Shown here: one piece after another, positions 39,600 to 53,200 of the stretch
Layout: each line of letters begins with the position of its first letter
How positions within the stretch are numbered: the first letter of the stretch is position 1
Notes under the pieces: generated by a model
Database searches by the model: none
The model's input: the letters and a program-made list of their open reading frames with translations, nothing else
Told to the model about the DNA's origin: nothing
Source: Oopsacas minuta
Taxonomy: Eukaryota > Animalia > Porifera
Length of the DNA stretch: 64,000 bases
Direction: 5' to 3'
Assembly: GCA_024704765.1 (NCBI GenBank)
Contig: JAKMXF010000299.1
Span: 1,154,863 to 1,218,862, forward strand
Made by a program: the position numbers and the translations under genes

Positions 39600-40814
39600 G
39601 AGTTTGAGCACTATATTAAATATGATAGCAAACAATCGCTTCTCATATCTATATCCCTTACACATTATACTTTTGTACTTATTTGCCAGATTCAATTGTT
39701 TCTATAAATTTATTTATTCCTCTTCTAGTCATATAGATCTCTCGAACTCGTATCTTATATAATGATTCTTGAAGTTATTACTATCACGGCAATTAATTTT
39801 CATAGTTTAATACAGATCCCACCATTATAATCATGTGTCATGCTGTACTGACATTATATATAATTTTGGTCCAGCATGGGCATTGATAATTATAATTACT
39901 CACATATTTCGTACACATTTTATTCTTTCTTTTGATTGTTATCGAAGTTTTATACTTTTTAACCCACTGTCAGTCTAAGCCCATAAAAAATCCCCTGTCA
40001 CCTTCAACCAATATTAAATTCTCAATCCATGAAAATAAGTTTATGCTTAACCATAACATTCTCTACTAGTGTAGAGAATATCAGTCATTTTATTTTTTGT
40101 ACCATGTGTTACGCTTACTAAAATATTCATTTCTTTCCTGCTATAGTACTTTTTTCTTATCTATTGCTGGTTATTGATTAATGATTGGCTCAGACTGGGA
40201 ATAATCTTATAGCTAGGGTGTTAGACGATACTCAAGCTATAAGATTTGAATCCCGACCGTGATCCATGACTGAAAGTATCATCGGTGTTCCTGTTCCGAT
40301 CCTGAAATCTAAAAGGATCTACGATCCAATCACGACTCAGTTGTTTAAAGTAGCATTTAACAAACTTTATGCATCTCGGAAAATCCTGGCCTCTAATAAT
40401 TTATTATATACATATAGGCTATCAATTCTTGTCAATTGACATATACTTTTCAAAGGAAATACTGGGGAAATCGAATATGCTGAGTCCCAATATGACATTA
40501 TAAACAACATTTCATAAATATTTGGTCACTTTATGGACATAAAGAAAGAATATTTATAGATTATGTCAGTATAATGTTGCTATGGTTAAGATTATGAGTT
40601 TATGTACTCGAGAGCGTAGGCCCGAGGGTGGACACGAAGTGTTCGCAACCGCGTAGCGCGCTCGTATGTCTTATGTTGTGAAACCATTATTTCCTCAACC
40701 ATGCTGACTCATCTTGGGATTTTGACGTGACCATGATCATACAATATTACAATATGTGAACTTTTCCTGATCCTTTCAAAGTTTTGACTATTTCTCATAC
40801 AAATGTCTTGATTA

Positions 40815-43038
40815 CACTGTCCAACAAATTTTCATCAGTTTTGCTTCTGGAATACACGGTAGTGTTTCTTATGTATTCAAGTACCCTGATTCCAAATATC
40901 CAATCAGTTTTTCTCTATCAGGCAGAGATTTTGTAAAATTCGGAAATTTCCAAAATCACATTTCCATAGGTCTCTATAGAATTTGTAATTGTATATGTAT
41001 TAATACCTTCCGTATATATTGTCTAACAATTCAAATGTTCTTAAAATTTATAGAATATTATCTGCTCTTTCAAGAGGAGATTATCTGATTGTATTTGTAT
41101 TTCTTTCTTTTCAGTAATGTCTCGTCGATGTTCAAACCCAACCGATTCTTTCTGGTATATTTTTGGAGAATTTACTACAAAATTTAAGCTGAGAGACATG
41201 TCTCCCCTTGTACACAAGGGATGTGAGCAATATTTCGGTTGCAACATTTGTGATTAAGATAAGCCTTGGGTACCTCATTTTTGTTGCTCAAAATGTGCAA
41301 TAGGACTTAGTAAATGGCTAATTGGCTCACGTAATTCAATGCAATTTGCTATTCCCATGATATGGAGGGAACCAAGAGATCATTATATTGATTGTTATTT
41401 CTGTTTAACTGATATAATAGGAATTACTTCTAAGACCAAAAAGAATATATGTTACCCCAAACTTCAATCTGCGATTCGTCCTGTTTAGCATTTTACAGAA
41501 TTCGAAGTACCTAAGCTTAAGAAAGTTTCCTTTGATGACGATACTGTTGAATGTGTTATGTTAGTCAAGATGATGAGGAATTTATACCTCTGCCTATGCC
41601 ACCTGATAAACCAGACTTCCCCACATCATTAATCAAAGTGAGCTGAATGATTTGGTTCGAGACTTGAATTTGACAAAAAGATCAAAGTGAATTGCTTGGG
41701 TTAAGATTGAAAGGTTGGAACTTATTGGATGAGGAGGCTAAAGTTTCATTTTTCAGGACCCGTCAAAGTGATTTCTCTGTACATTTTGAAATGCAGGGCC
41801 CTCTTTGGTATTGTAACAATGTGGATCGTGTGTTGGAGTTTTTAGGTGTTCAACACGAACCATCAGAGTGGCGTCTCTTCATTGATTCTTCTAAGTACAG
41901 CCTCAAGGCATTCGTACTTCATAAAGGTAATGTATTACCATCCATACCGATAGGTCATTCGGTACACATGAAGGAGTCTCATGAGAATATGGATATCTTA
42001 TTGTAACTGATCAGATATGACTATTACAATTGGCACATCTGTGGTGATCTGAAGGTAATTGAACTTTTGTTGGGTATGCAACCTGGATACACGAGATATT
42101 GTTGCTTCCTCTATGAGTGGGATAGTAGAGCAAGGCAATCCCACTATATAGTTAAGGAGTGGCCTCTACAATATCAATTAACTGCTGGTGTAAAGAGTGT
42201 AAGCTGTCAGTCCTTAGTATATCTAGAGAAAATTCTGTTACCACCTCTACACATAAAACTGGGTTTGATGAAAAACTTTGTAAAGGCGATAGTAGAATAC
42301 AATAAAGAAGGAGAAGATTTCAAATACCTCAAGGACAAATTTCCTAAGGTCAATGATGCTAAAATCAAGGAAGAGGGTATTTATAGGTCCCCAAATTAGA
42401 GAACAATTCAAGGATCTAAACTTCGAAGCATGTCTAAATTCTGTCGAGAAAGCACCATGGAATTCTTTCAAATCTTTAAATGAGAACTTTTTAGGAACTA
42501 AGAAATCACCAATTTATGAAGAACTTGTTGTGACACTACTTGATGCATTCAGAAAAATGGGTTGTAACATGTCTCTAAAAATACAGTTTCTTCACTCACA
42601 TTTTGCAATTTTTTCCAGAAAATCTAGGTGCTGTGAGTGATGAACTTGGTGAAAGATTTCACCAAGATATGAGCACAATGGAAAGTTCTCTCCAAACATG
42701 ATGGCTGATTATTGTTGGTCACTAAAAAGAGGTATTCCTGATGCCACATACAAAAGAAAATCATATTCCAAGCATTTCTAAATTAGTATAATAAATGCTA
42801 CACCAATTGACAATTTTCAGTGTAATTTAATGATAAGTGTGCATTTGATTAGCCAAACTAAAGAGATATATTTATAGGAATACACTGGGGCAATGGTAAA
42901 ACAAAATATTGAATTTTTCAAAATCCTTACCTGATAGAGAAAAACTGATTGGATATTTGGAATCAGGGTACTTGAATACATAAGAAACACTACCGTGTAT
43001 TCCAGAAGCAAAAAATGCTGAAAATTTGTTGGACAGTG
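40815..43038 (+). mobile_element. Chapaev3-type DNA transposon, full length (2224 bp), transposase decayed (about 41117-42781)
   Basis: About 125-bp near-perfect TIRs starting CACTGTCCAACAAATTT. N-terminal MSRRCSNPTDSF, WREPRDHYIDCYFC, WRLFIDSSKYSLKA, ICGDLKVI, GYTRYCCF, LPPLHIKLGLMKNFVKA and VSDELGERFHQD. Flanks tta / ata (imperfect 3-bp TSD). Confidence 0.88.
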
Positions 43039-43556
43039 ATATCAACTGAACTGCATGAGTTACTTTGATCAAATAGCGCTGGTTTTTATGGATCAAATTA
43101 CCGACTAATTTGAGTTTATTGAATTGGAAATATATTCATCTATATTGGATTTATTCATGCAAATATTACTAATGTTTACCTAATCTGCCTTAGTAGAGTT
43201 TGCTAACGAAGAAATGAGTTTCTCTATGTTTGAGTTTTGTTGGATTTCGTACCTTCTTATGAAGGATTTCAATTCGTATCCTGAATTAGGATCTCGAATA
43301 TGTTCCTACGAGTGTGCCAGAAGCTTGCATAGGCAGGCTTTCATCTATAGTGCCACCCGCGCCAATAGGCGCGTTTTTCCAAAAATTATGTAATAATGTA
43401 ATGGGTTATGTAACAATTATAGAGGTCAATTGAATTAAATTTAAGTTTATATGAAGAATTCAGTTGACTAAGGTAATTGTGCTAGAAGAGAAAATGAATA
43501 ACGATAAATATACAATATTAGGTTAACAGTTTATTATTAAATCACAATACACGGTA

Positions 43557-45695
43557 CAGTCTACTCCGGTTAATCGTGTGACCGGTTAATCGGGTCAGCC
43601 GTTTAATTGGGTCACTTCTTCTTGCAATGAAATCATGCCCATAGAGCTAATACAAGATATTTTCGGTTATCGGGTAAAATTTGGTGAATCGGGTCAAATA
43701 TTCGTTTAATTGGGTCATTTTTCATGATCACCTGGTTACATTACTTTATATCAACCATGTTTGAGCTCACTTTTAATGCAGTTTCTTGTATAGCCTTGGG
43801 AATAATATCAAACTACGGTACTTAAAAGCTAGTACGTAGAATGGTGATAAGATTGAACAAGATTTAGCAACTATGTATCCATTTCCTAATTCGAATACGA
43901 TCATATTCTTGGGGTGGTTCGTTGTTTGAAACGTTACTGCTTTTTTACTTACACGTACGTATCTTATTTTATAACTAGCTAGAAAATGGCGTCAAGAAAA
44001 GAGCTATCTCTGTCAGATAAAAAATTCCTTGAAAAATAATATTACTCCAACCTAACACAAGTCATCGAGTATTGTCTGACATGTTTGATGTATCGAGATC
44101 CACGATCGGAGACTTCTTAATCAAGAACAGGATTTGCGAGAGTTACTTTTACAAAAGGAGAGGATGAAGCAAGGAAAACGCCAGAGCTCAGGAAAGGATC
44201 CAGAAGTAGAGGAAGCTTTAAACTAATGGTTTAAATCCGTTCTAGACAAAGGAGTGAGAATTAGCGGTGTGATACGTACTCAGGTCCAAAGCTGAGGAGT
44301 TTGCAGTGAGATTGGGAAATCCAGGTTTTGTAGCAACTGAAGCCTGGCTATCTAGATGGAAAGCAAGATAAGGGCCAAGCGAATACATGGTGAAAATGCA
44401 GTTCCGATTTCGAAGCAGCTGAATTTTGGGTATCAACGGTACTACCTCAACTTTTGCAAGAGTATACTCCTGAGAACATTTACAACGCCGAAGAAACTGG
44501 TTTGTTTTATCGAGGAACACCGGATGGTTTCTTGTGTTATACATACGAGCAGATTAGTGGTTCCAAAATGGCTATAGAACGTATCACAATACTTTGTGCG
44601 GCAACATGTCCGGTAAAGACAAACTGAAACTTCTAATGATCAGTAAGAGCAAGAATCCAAGATGTTTCAAAAACATTGACATAGACACCCTACCAATCAC
44701 TTACTTCTCTAACCAAAATGCCGGATGATTAGGATCATATTCCAAGAATGGGATTCAGTACTCAGGGAAAATTGCCGTCAGATTTTACTGCTCTTGGACA
44801 ATTGTCCTGCCCATCCTCGTATTAGCACGTTTACAAACATTCGACTAGAATTTCTACGAGCAAATACAACGTCGCTAATCCAGCCACTAGACCAAGGCGT
44901 TATCAAGAACTTGAAATATTTCCACAGACAGGAAGTGGTTCAGATTACTATTGCTGGTATTGATGACAGTATAGTCAGCTCATCAGCCTCAACAATTGAC
45001 ATAAGCTCGAGAATCTCGCTCCTGGATGCAATCTACTTCGTTGCCAGGAGCTGGCGGAAGGTGAAACCTGAGACAATAAGCAACTGCTTTAGAAAATGTG
45101 GCTTTAGGACACAAACCTCTTCTAGTGGAGAATCTGGAGAAGAACCAATTTTTGATGGGAGAAGAACTAGCCTTAACAGGAGTCTTGAACGGTGAGCATT
45201 ACTTGAATATCGACACCGATATACCCTGCTTTGAAGAAACCCAAAACTTTGATGAGGAAATTATAAACGAAATTGTTAGCAGGAGGATATGTTTAGACGA
45301 CTATTCAGAAGATGATGACGTTGATGATGAGTTTTCAACCGATTATTGCACATCAAGTTGCCCGACAGTGCATTCAAATCGTGCAACGGTACTTCTAGAG
45401 CAGGGGGTCTCTGAAGTACAAAATGCAGCGCTGGATATATGTGCAGAGAAGGTTTTCAATAGAGTGTAATCAAGCAAGAAGCAGACTACACTTGATGTGT
45501 TCTTCCCGAACTAATTTACATATCGATACTAGTTGTACTAGATTAGACCATAGTACTACCACTGTAGGGATGCCTTTGCCATAATTTTATATATTTACCC
45601 ATCTATATATTGTACATTTTGGTTAATTGGGTTCTCCGCTTAATTGGGTCAAAATGCTCTGGAACCAAAGTGACCCGAATAAGCAGAGTCGACTG
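43557..45695 (+). mobile_element. Tigger/pogo element, full length, decayed CENP-B-type HTH plus DDE_1 transposase
   Basis: TA|cagtctactccggttaatcgtgtgac ... gtgacccgaataagcagagtcgactg|TA. Motifs GKDPEVEEAL, NAEETGLFY, ILLLLDNCPAH, ANTTSLIQPLDQGVIKNLK and ETISNCFRKCGF. Confidence 0.92.
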
Positions 45696-47829
45696 TATTT
45701 GTATAGTGAAAGGTTGTAGGTGACACCTCTGGAATGTAGTATTAACCGTATTATAAGTATGGATATATCGTATGCTTAAAATTTAAATTTGATGCTTCGA
45801 AAATTCAAATAGTCTAGGGGCGTAAGTGCAATCGAGAACTCATTTAGCCGGGCTTCATAATATGCTGGAAGAAATCCTGTGTGCAAGGTAGGAGTGATGC
45901 TCGCCTAAGGCAAATAATCTACCACTAAAATATATGTTTCTTAGACTTTTTTTCCTAAAATGTAAGAACACAACCCTGTCATTGTACTATTTTCTGAACA
46001 ATCTTCATAGAATCTTTGATATCTGTAGTAGTTGTGGGCCATTTCAATTTTCCAATATGTAGATGGTATACTAGAAGATCCATTTAGAAGTACATGTATG
46101 AGAGTTTAGTGGAAAAGCAGCGATGATATTAACCTTAGAAATAGGTTGATTGGTTATATAGTAGTGCTCATTAAATGCAAGTGCAAAGAATCCCTCAATA
46201 TCTTAAATTTCTCCTAATAACTTAATCGCATCAGTAATTGTTCTGTTTAAGGGAAGCCGTTTTCAACTAAATCCATATCTTTCAGGACTGGCTTTCCCTG
46301 CATCGGCTCATATTGCAGCCATCTTCCCATTGGATATGGTTCCAATAACTCCTATCCTAACAATACCATCCTCTAAAGATATTTCATTTTCCAATATTTC
46401 GTGGGATTAATTTATTCTTCCATAATCACCAAATACTTTTTCGCATTCTTTTGGAGCACAAAGAAATACTAGTTGTTGTGAGGAATGCGAATTTGTGTAT
46501 TAGAACTATTCAGTTTTATTATGTAGAAATAGAGAGAGTATAGTCCTTTGCATTAATATTATTGTGAATTTGATTGTGATGTTATGGCAGCCGCTACCTC
46601 AAACCATCGGCTATCCGGAATTTGAGTGGGAATAATTTAGCATTAAGTGGATTCACTGTTGTAAGGATCCTTTCAGGAGTTTGTTGGCCTTGAAGGTAGT
46701 AAGGGGTTTGTACACCAATCGGTGATAAAGATTAGGATATTGCAGTATCATATCTCTTGATATTAAGACATTCCATATATCTACACCTCTCTGAGAGGGA
46801 ACCTTTATGTTCCCTAACAATAATGTTTAGCGAAGTTTGGTAATTTCCTTCCTCCCATTTCATGCATATCAAGTAGTAATAGCGGCTTGTCAACATAAAT
46901 CCAATTTTTTCCACTATACATCACTACTGGTAATCTCCTTTCTTAGCTTGATAATTTTGTAATTATCACTCTCGTTACCTTGCTATACCAACGCTGGTAT
47001 TTCTAGAAAAGTAGAACACTCCATGATTGCAGTTTCCCTAATCTGTTCTAGGATAGAATTCATTGTTGTAATTGAAGAGAATATTTGTCCTTTTTACTTT
47101 CGATTCTATTGGAACAGCATATGGATTTGATTCGCATGGAATTTTGTGATTCCACCATTTCGAATTCAATGAATCAACACTTTCTTTGGACATTTTAATG
47201 TTGGGTTTGATCTTATTCAATGTATAATGTCAAATCATTCTGAATCAAAATTTATGCTAAATCACTACGTGTGTTCATAGGACTTAGGCCATTGTTCTTG
47301 TGTAGATTTTTAGTTATATATTGTTTACTATCAAATACTTAAATGTGATTTATTTGTGACGTAATAATCGCATAGTGTCTTAGCCTTTGCTCAAAACAAT
47401 GACTTCGGGCATTTGGTAGATTGATGGGTACCTGTGATTCAAATTTCCACCATCAAATATGTATATTTGCTGAGCAGTGGCTATTTTTGTGATTTTTTGG
47501 AAATCCAAAATATGACAACGATGCGATCACTTCGTCATTGGTGTGGAATTTTCTCGGTACCTGAGTTTGTCCGAACCTGGACCAAATACCCCAGTATACC
47601 AAAGATCAGCCCTGGAGACAGGCTAGGATTGAGGTTGCCGCTGGTCCGTTTCATACTTTCTACGAGGTGTCCATATTACTGAGCCTGGCAAACCATGCTA
47701 TTAGTTCAAGCCTGTATTGGGACCAGCAGATGGCCAAACCAACCGTACTGGGGTGCTACGCCTATGATATACTAATAGGTAAAATATTGTATAATGTGAA
47801 AGTTCCTAATCTCAATTTTTAGAGTCATT

Positions 47830-50264
47830 TACAAGTCATGCTTACGGCATTTCAGAAGAGAAAAATCAAGAATATGTGACTACAAATGAATATCCAGAAG
47901 AAATGTATATTTATACGCTAATCAGAGTGAGGCTGTTCAAGCGCGTCTGAGTCATACAAGATCGTAACTGAGTTATTATGAGTTGAAGTTTAGAGAACGA
48001 TCTTCACCAGTACATTTTGAGATTATGCGGCACAAGTAAGTGTGCAACGTCATCTAGACTTGTCTCCATCTATCCTTTTCCTGGAAACCTTAGAGAGCAG
48101 GTACATCAAGCGATCTCTCAGCAAATTTCTTCTTGAGAAAGCGGAGAAATGCAAGAGCTCATCCGACATCATGTTTCCAAGATCTGTAGGGTATTTACAA
48201 CTAAGACTCCCTGCGCTTGAGACTACTTGATCTGCTGTTAGGATTTTGCGGTTCCTTAAAAACCAAACCTTGCAACAATGCATGTGTGTGCCTCCAGCCG
48301 CTTCACTAATTGAGCATTAACATTATCTATTATCATTAAGATTGTGCTCGTACGGAGTTTGTTGGATGGAGTCTGTGGCAATTCAGGAACTGAGCATGGC
48401 TCATCGTACAGTGATTTCTCTGGCGGACCCGCTAACCGCTTGACAGTAATGATCACATTCGCTGATTTTCTTCCCCTCAGCCTCAAATTCTTCAAGTCTT
48501 GTCCGCAGCTTGCCTATAAATTCTCTTAAGGACTCGTAGATTGCAACGTGGTATTGAGATCCGGGTAGCTTGATTGCAATACCTGACTGCTGGTGTGAAA
48601 ACGATTCAGTATTTGGTGCCACGCAACAGCAAGTATACCGGTTTCGAGATTCCTCATTTAGGATGAGAGTACAGGCTTCTTGTCGAGTGTCTGCTTTCTT
48701 TTCCAAGCCTTTAACGATTGCCTCTAATGCCTTGTTTATTTCACGCTTTTTTAAGCCTTCGTAGCATCTTACGTACCGACCAGCGGTATCTGACATTCGT
48801 TTGACCATTGGTAGGTCTTTGTCCACAAGTTGCTCTTTTAGAAGTTTCCAACGATAGGTCGAAATTCCGAAAAAATGAGTACAGTGGAAGCCATTTAATC
48901 GGGACAGCTCGGGAGTCAATGTTTTGTCCCGTTAACCGATTATAATATACTTAAGTATTCTAAACTAGTTTCCATGGTCTCAAATCATATCCAGAAATAC
49001 CTTATTACACTACTACAAAATCTTGATTATAAGAGAGTGAGCAGAGTTAATACTATTAGTTTGTAAATTGCAATTGTATCGGTGTTGTATTGTATGTTTG
49101 TAGAATATTAAAATTCCTAGTTCTATAACAAACCATGTTACAATCATTCTGAATAAATATACAATCGTTTATTTGGGATGAAATCCCAATGAAGTGAATA
49201 TAAGGGTAATATTCAGTTAATCGGGTTAAAAAATCCCGATTAACCTATTCGATGTCCCTATTATCTGGTGATTTTTCTAGGTAATAATCTGTTCCCAAAT
49301 CATTGTCCCTTTTAAGCGGATATCCCGATTATCCGAGTCACGATTAAGCAACTCCCACTGTATAACCACCGAAAAATCGAAGAATGCAACAGCCAGCTGC
49401 AGACCGACAAACCAGGTCGAGTCAACATGCAGCGTATGGTACATAATCAGCTAGCTAGCTTTGTTGTCGAATGATGGCTTGTATGCCCTGATATTTCCAA
49501 CTCCTGATGCTCGCATTATCGTGCGACTAGCCGCAGTAGTCAGTATATCAATGTCATTCGCTGCCAAGAAACTGAACCAGTTTTCCGACAGCTCCTATCC
49601 ACTAGGACCCTTCTTCTTCCTGAAGGTTAGGAATCTTTCAACAGGACCCGTTTGCAGAAGGTATCGAAGATTATATGTGAATTGATCAACATGAGAAATA
49701 TCTCGTCAACTTGACTTCCGAAAAAATTTGATCAAGTAATTATTTTCCCATTAACTGGATGAATTCGTCGCATATTGTCTTAAACATATAGGAAGTGTGA
49801 CCCAGTCCTTTACTCTGATTCATGTCCTGTTGTAGAAATGGATCGAATTTTCCCAACAGGTCCAATATACCGAAGTAATTCCCATTTCGTGGTGAACCGA
49901 TGACCTCCTCTGAGTGTCAAAATTCTAAAGCGCGCCTTAATAACAAACGAATGGTTTCTGCCACCCGCTTTAGCACAGCATGCCAATAGTCTGGATCTGC
50001 ATTGGCTTGTCTAACACGTTCTGCATCACCATTATACTCTGTGTGCTTCATTTTTAGGAATTTCTCCATAGCCACCCGGTGCACCGAACTTCTCTCCTGT
50101 CGTGCAATCTATTTACATACGTTTTCCAGTCCTTACATCACACTTTACCAAACACTGAGACATCTGCCATAGGTTTGCAGGCAAAACAGTGCACTGCGTT
50201 CTCCGATGGTGAGTAGCAGAGCCAGGCCCAAAATGTTGCTGTTTTGTAAGCTGATGAGTGTATG
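47830..50264 (-). mobile_element. ZMYM1-like hAT remnant interrupted by a pogo MITE; RAG1-like element 2 inserted at its 5' side
   Basis: Minus strand: WAWLCYSPSENAVHCFAC, FFGISTYRWKLLKEQL...VKRMSDT, TILMIIDNVNAQLVKRL...ARFGF, KYPTDL...DELLHF and MTQTRLNSLTLIS...ILDFSLLKCRK. Confidence 0.8.
48882..49360. mobile_element. pogo/Tigger-type MITE (479 bp)
   Basis: TA|cagtggaagccatttaatcgggac ... gtcacgattaagcaactcccactg|TA; interrupts the hAT reading frame. Confidence 0.75.
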
Positions 50265-53200
50265 CACAGTGGGCTACTAGGGTACATTAGGCCCAAATTC
50301 TTACCTTCAATTTATACCATTTTGAATTATGAATTAGATTCTAGATATATTCAACAGGCGATATGTAAAGTATCAGATGAAACAGTTAAGTATTTCTATT
50401 TTTGTGGTCAATCAAATGTAGGACTTCATTGCTGTCTTCTATGTTTATGCATACATTATATAAATGACTGAAGCTATTTGAGTAATCTGTTGAATTTATG
50501 ATACATACTATTGTTTATTTACATGCTTTCCAAGCAAAGGGAGTGCGTTGAATTTGAATCTATCGTTGAATTTCTTCAGGAGCAAAAGAGTAATCAGATA
50601 TTACGTATACAATACTGTGAAGATTTTGTAGAAATTTCTCTCAGCCATAAGCCATCCTGTTGGCAGCAAAATTTGTTTCCACTAGTTTCCACCCTGAATT
50701 TTTGTATGTATTCTTGTCAAGTAATATAACCATTATATTAAAAGTACAAATACCGCTTCATTGCGCAATATATTAAATATTGTCAAATTCCATTCTCACA
50801 TCTAAGTTGCTATGGTACAATGTAATGTAATTACATGGTAATTTTACACCAATATAACGTAATAATTATTTATATATACTGCACATTTCGAGATAGCATA
50901 CAAGTTCATTAATTTGATAACCTATTAAACCTCTAATTATCAATTTAAAGATGGCTGAAGCAATAATAGTATCTGAAAGCCCGAAAACACGTCTTGACTT
51001 GGCTATCATATTGAAGGTTCACGACTATGATATCAATCAAGCAGCAGATGAAGTGGTGGGTATACTAAATCTCGAGGAAGACAAGAGACATTCTGTATAC
51101 TCTCTAATGTCTAAAGTGCCATATAATTTCAGAAAGAGTAAGAAATCTAATGAGAGCTTAGATGGTGAGTGTGGAGTGCAAGTATTACATGGATCCCTGT
51201 TAAACCTAAGAGTACCCAATCATCCCTTTCTGTTTCAGGCTGTAATATAGAAAGCGGTGCTATATTGGTTCCAAATGTAGAGAGGAGAAAATCAATTGAT
51301 GACATTCAAGTTTGTTCAAAGAAGATAAGGCTTGTTCAGACTGGGACACTTACTTCCATCCGTCAGTTAGCACAACTTAAAATATTTCAGTTATTCACTA
51401 CGTTGTTCTCCTCTTGTATATCGTAGCTGTAGAACATATTGGTTTTAAAGGAATCGCAAATATCGCTTGGAAAATCTATAACGAAGAATCGATACCAACC
51501 CTCAGTAAATAGTTTTTACCAGAAAAATCAACATTCTTAGCGTATCAACTTAAGCTGGGGAAAGGAAAATGGAGAGATCTTAAATATTATCTCAAATCAG
51601 AAGGCCTCGTTTTGGCAACTTGGGAAAAAATTAGTGAAATTAGAAAATCAATTGTTTCAACATTCGACTGGTATCCAAATGTTTCCAATCCTATAGGGGT
51701 CTATATGTCTTACTCATCACATGTAATTTCTCTCTTTGACCGGTTGTTAAAAGAGTGTGTGCTAAATTTTCTTGCACCACACTTCTATCCATTAACACTC
51801 AAAATCAAGCATGGACTGGATGGTTCTGGATCTCATTCCTCTCCTGGGTTATTATCAGACTTGAATATAGACCGATCAAATTATATTGTCTTCATGATTT
51901 CACCCCTTCAGGTAATAGATGGATTCGGGAATGTTCTGTGGGAAATAGGCATCCTAACTCCTGTTTTTCCAACCAACCAGTAGCACTTATTTGCCAAAAG
52001 GAGACCATTGACACTGTGATAGAATTGAGCAAGTTACTAAACCCTGAAATTGTTTCATTAAATGAGAATGGTTTTGGTCACCTAAATGGTCATGTTAAAG
52101 TAGAAGTCAAGGCTTCAATGTTTGACGGAAAAACCTTAGCAACAATGACAGGTAAAGGAGGAGTGCCATGTATTGCCTGCAAAGCAACCCGAAGTGATAT
52201 CAATAACATTACGAAGTTGTTTGCTGGTTTCCTTTAGATTGTTCGATAGATGATATCAAAGAGACAGCCCGTCAGTTAACCTCTGATAGAAAAGAGCTGA
52301 TGAGCTACAATACAAAGCAACGGTGTGGGATTACACACGAACTTGCAAGTGGCATTGATGTACTTCCTGCAGCACCTTTACATTCTTACCTAAGGATTTT
52401 AGATTGGTTTGTGAACTTTATCTACCGAATTGCAGCAGGAAGGTCCAAGTGGACTGAAGATCAAATGGTGCGAGATTATCGAGGTTTAGTATGCAAGCGT
52501 ATCCATGAGCTTACGAACTTATTATTCGACCAACCAGGGGGAAGTGGGAACACAAGCACTGGTAACATGGCAAGAACATTTTTTTTCATATAAAAAACCC
52601 TGTTTTAGGATCGCTTTATCGTTTGTACCAATGTTCATAGAGATGCTCCGAAAAAGATTCACAGGAATCTATCTGCATTGCTCAGAGTTGCTAATAGTAA
52701 TGAAATTCTCGATGTAGATAGATTTCGTGTGTTAAGTCAAGAAACCTACATACTAATCTTACAAACCTTTCCCTGGGTATCTATTAGCAATACACTCCAC
52801 AAATTCTTGGCTCATGCCCATCAGTTTATTGAGAGAAATGACAGGATAGGATTGTGTAGTCATTCTGAAGAAGGGTTAGAACAAGGACATAAGTTGATCT
52901 GAGAGTTCTCAACACATTTTGAGCAGGAAATCAGAATTTCTAAGTGGGTTAAGTGATGTTGCAATGAGGCTGTACATCTATGGTTGTCCAATTCTGAATG
53001 AAAAATTCAGAAGGATCATCATTTGTTCCACCTGTGGTCAAGTAGGCCATCAAAAGAATTGTCTAAAAAACACGCCAAGTGAAAATGTTACAAATAATAT
53101 TGATAATGAAGATTCTCTCCTTCAAAATTCCATAGATGAACTCTTCTTGCATTTAACATTAATTCATCAATAAGATATTCGTATGTTAGTTATTCTTCAG

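Noticed and set aside
40186-40254. tRNA- or SINE-like A box (tggctcagactgg) and B box (gatttgaatccc)
   Set aside because: The boxes are degenerate and no cloverleaf stems can be built; at most an old SINE head.
48401-48919. 172-aa minus-strand ORF as a novel gene
   Set aside because: It is a hAT transposase fragment; its apparent start lies inside the pogo MITE beginning at 48882.
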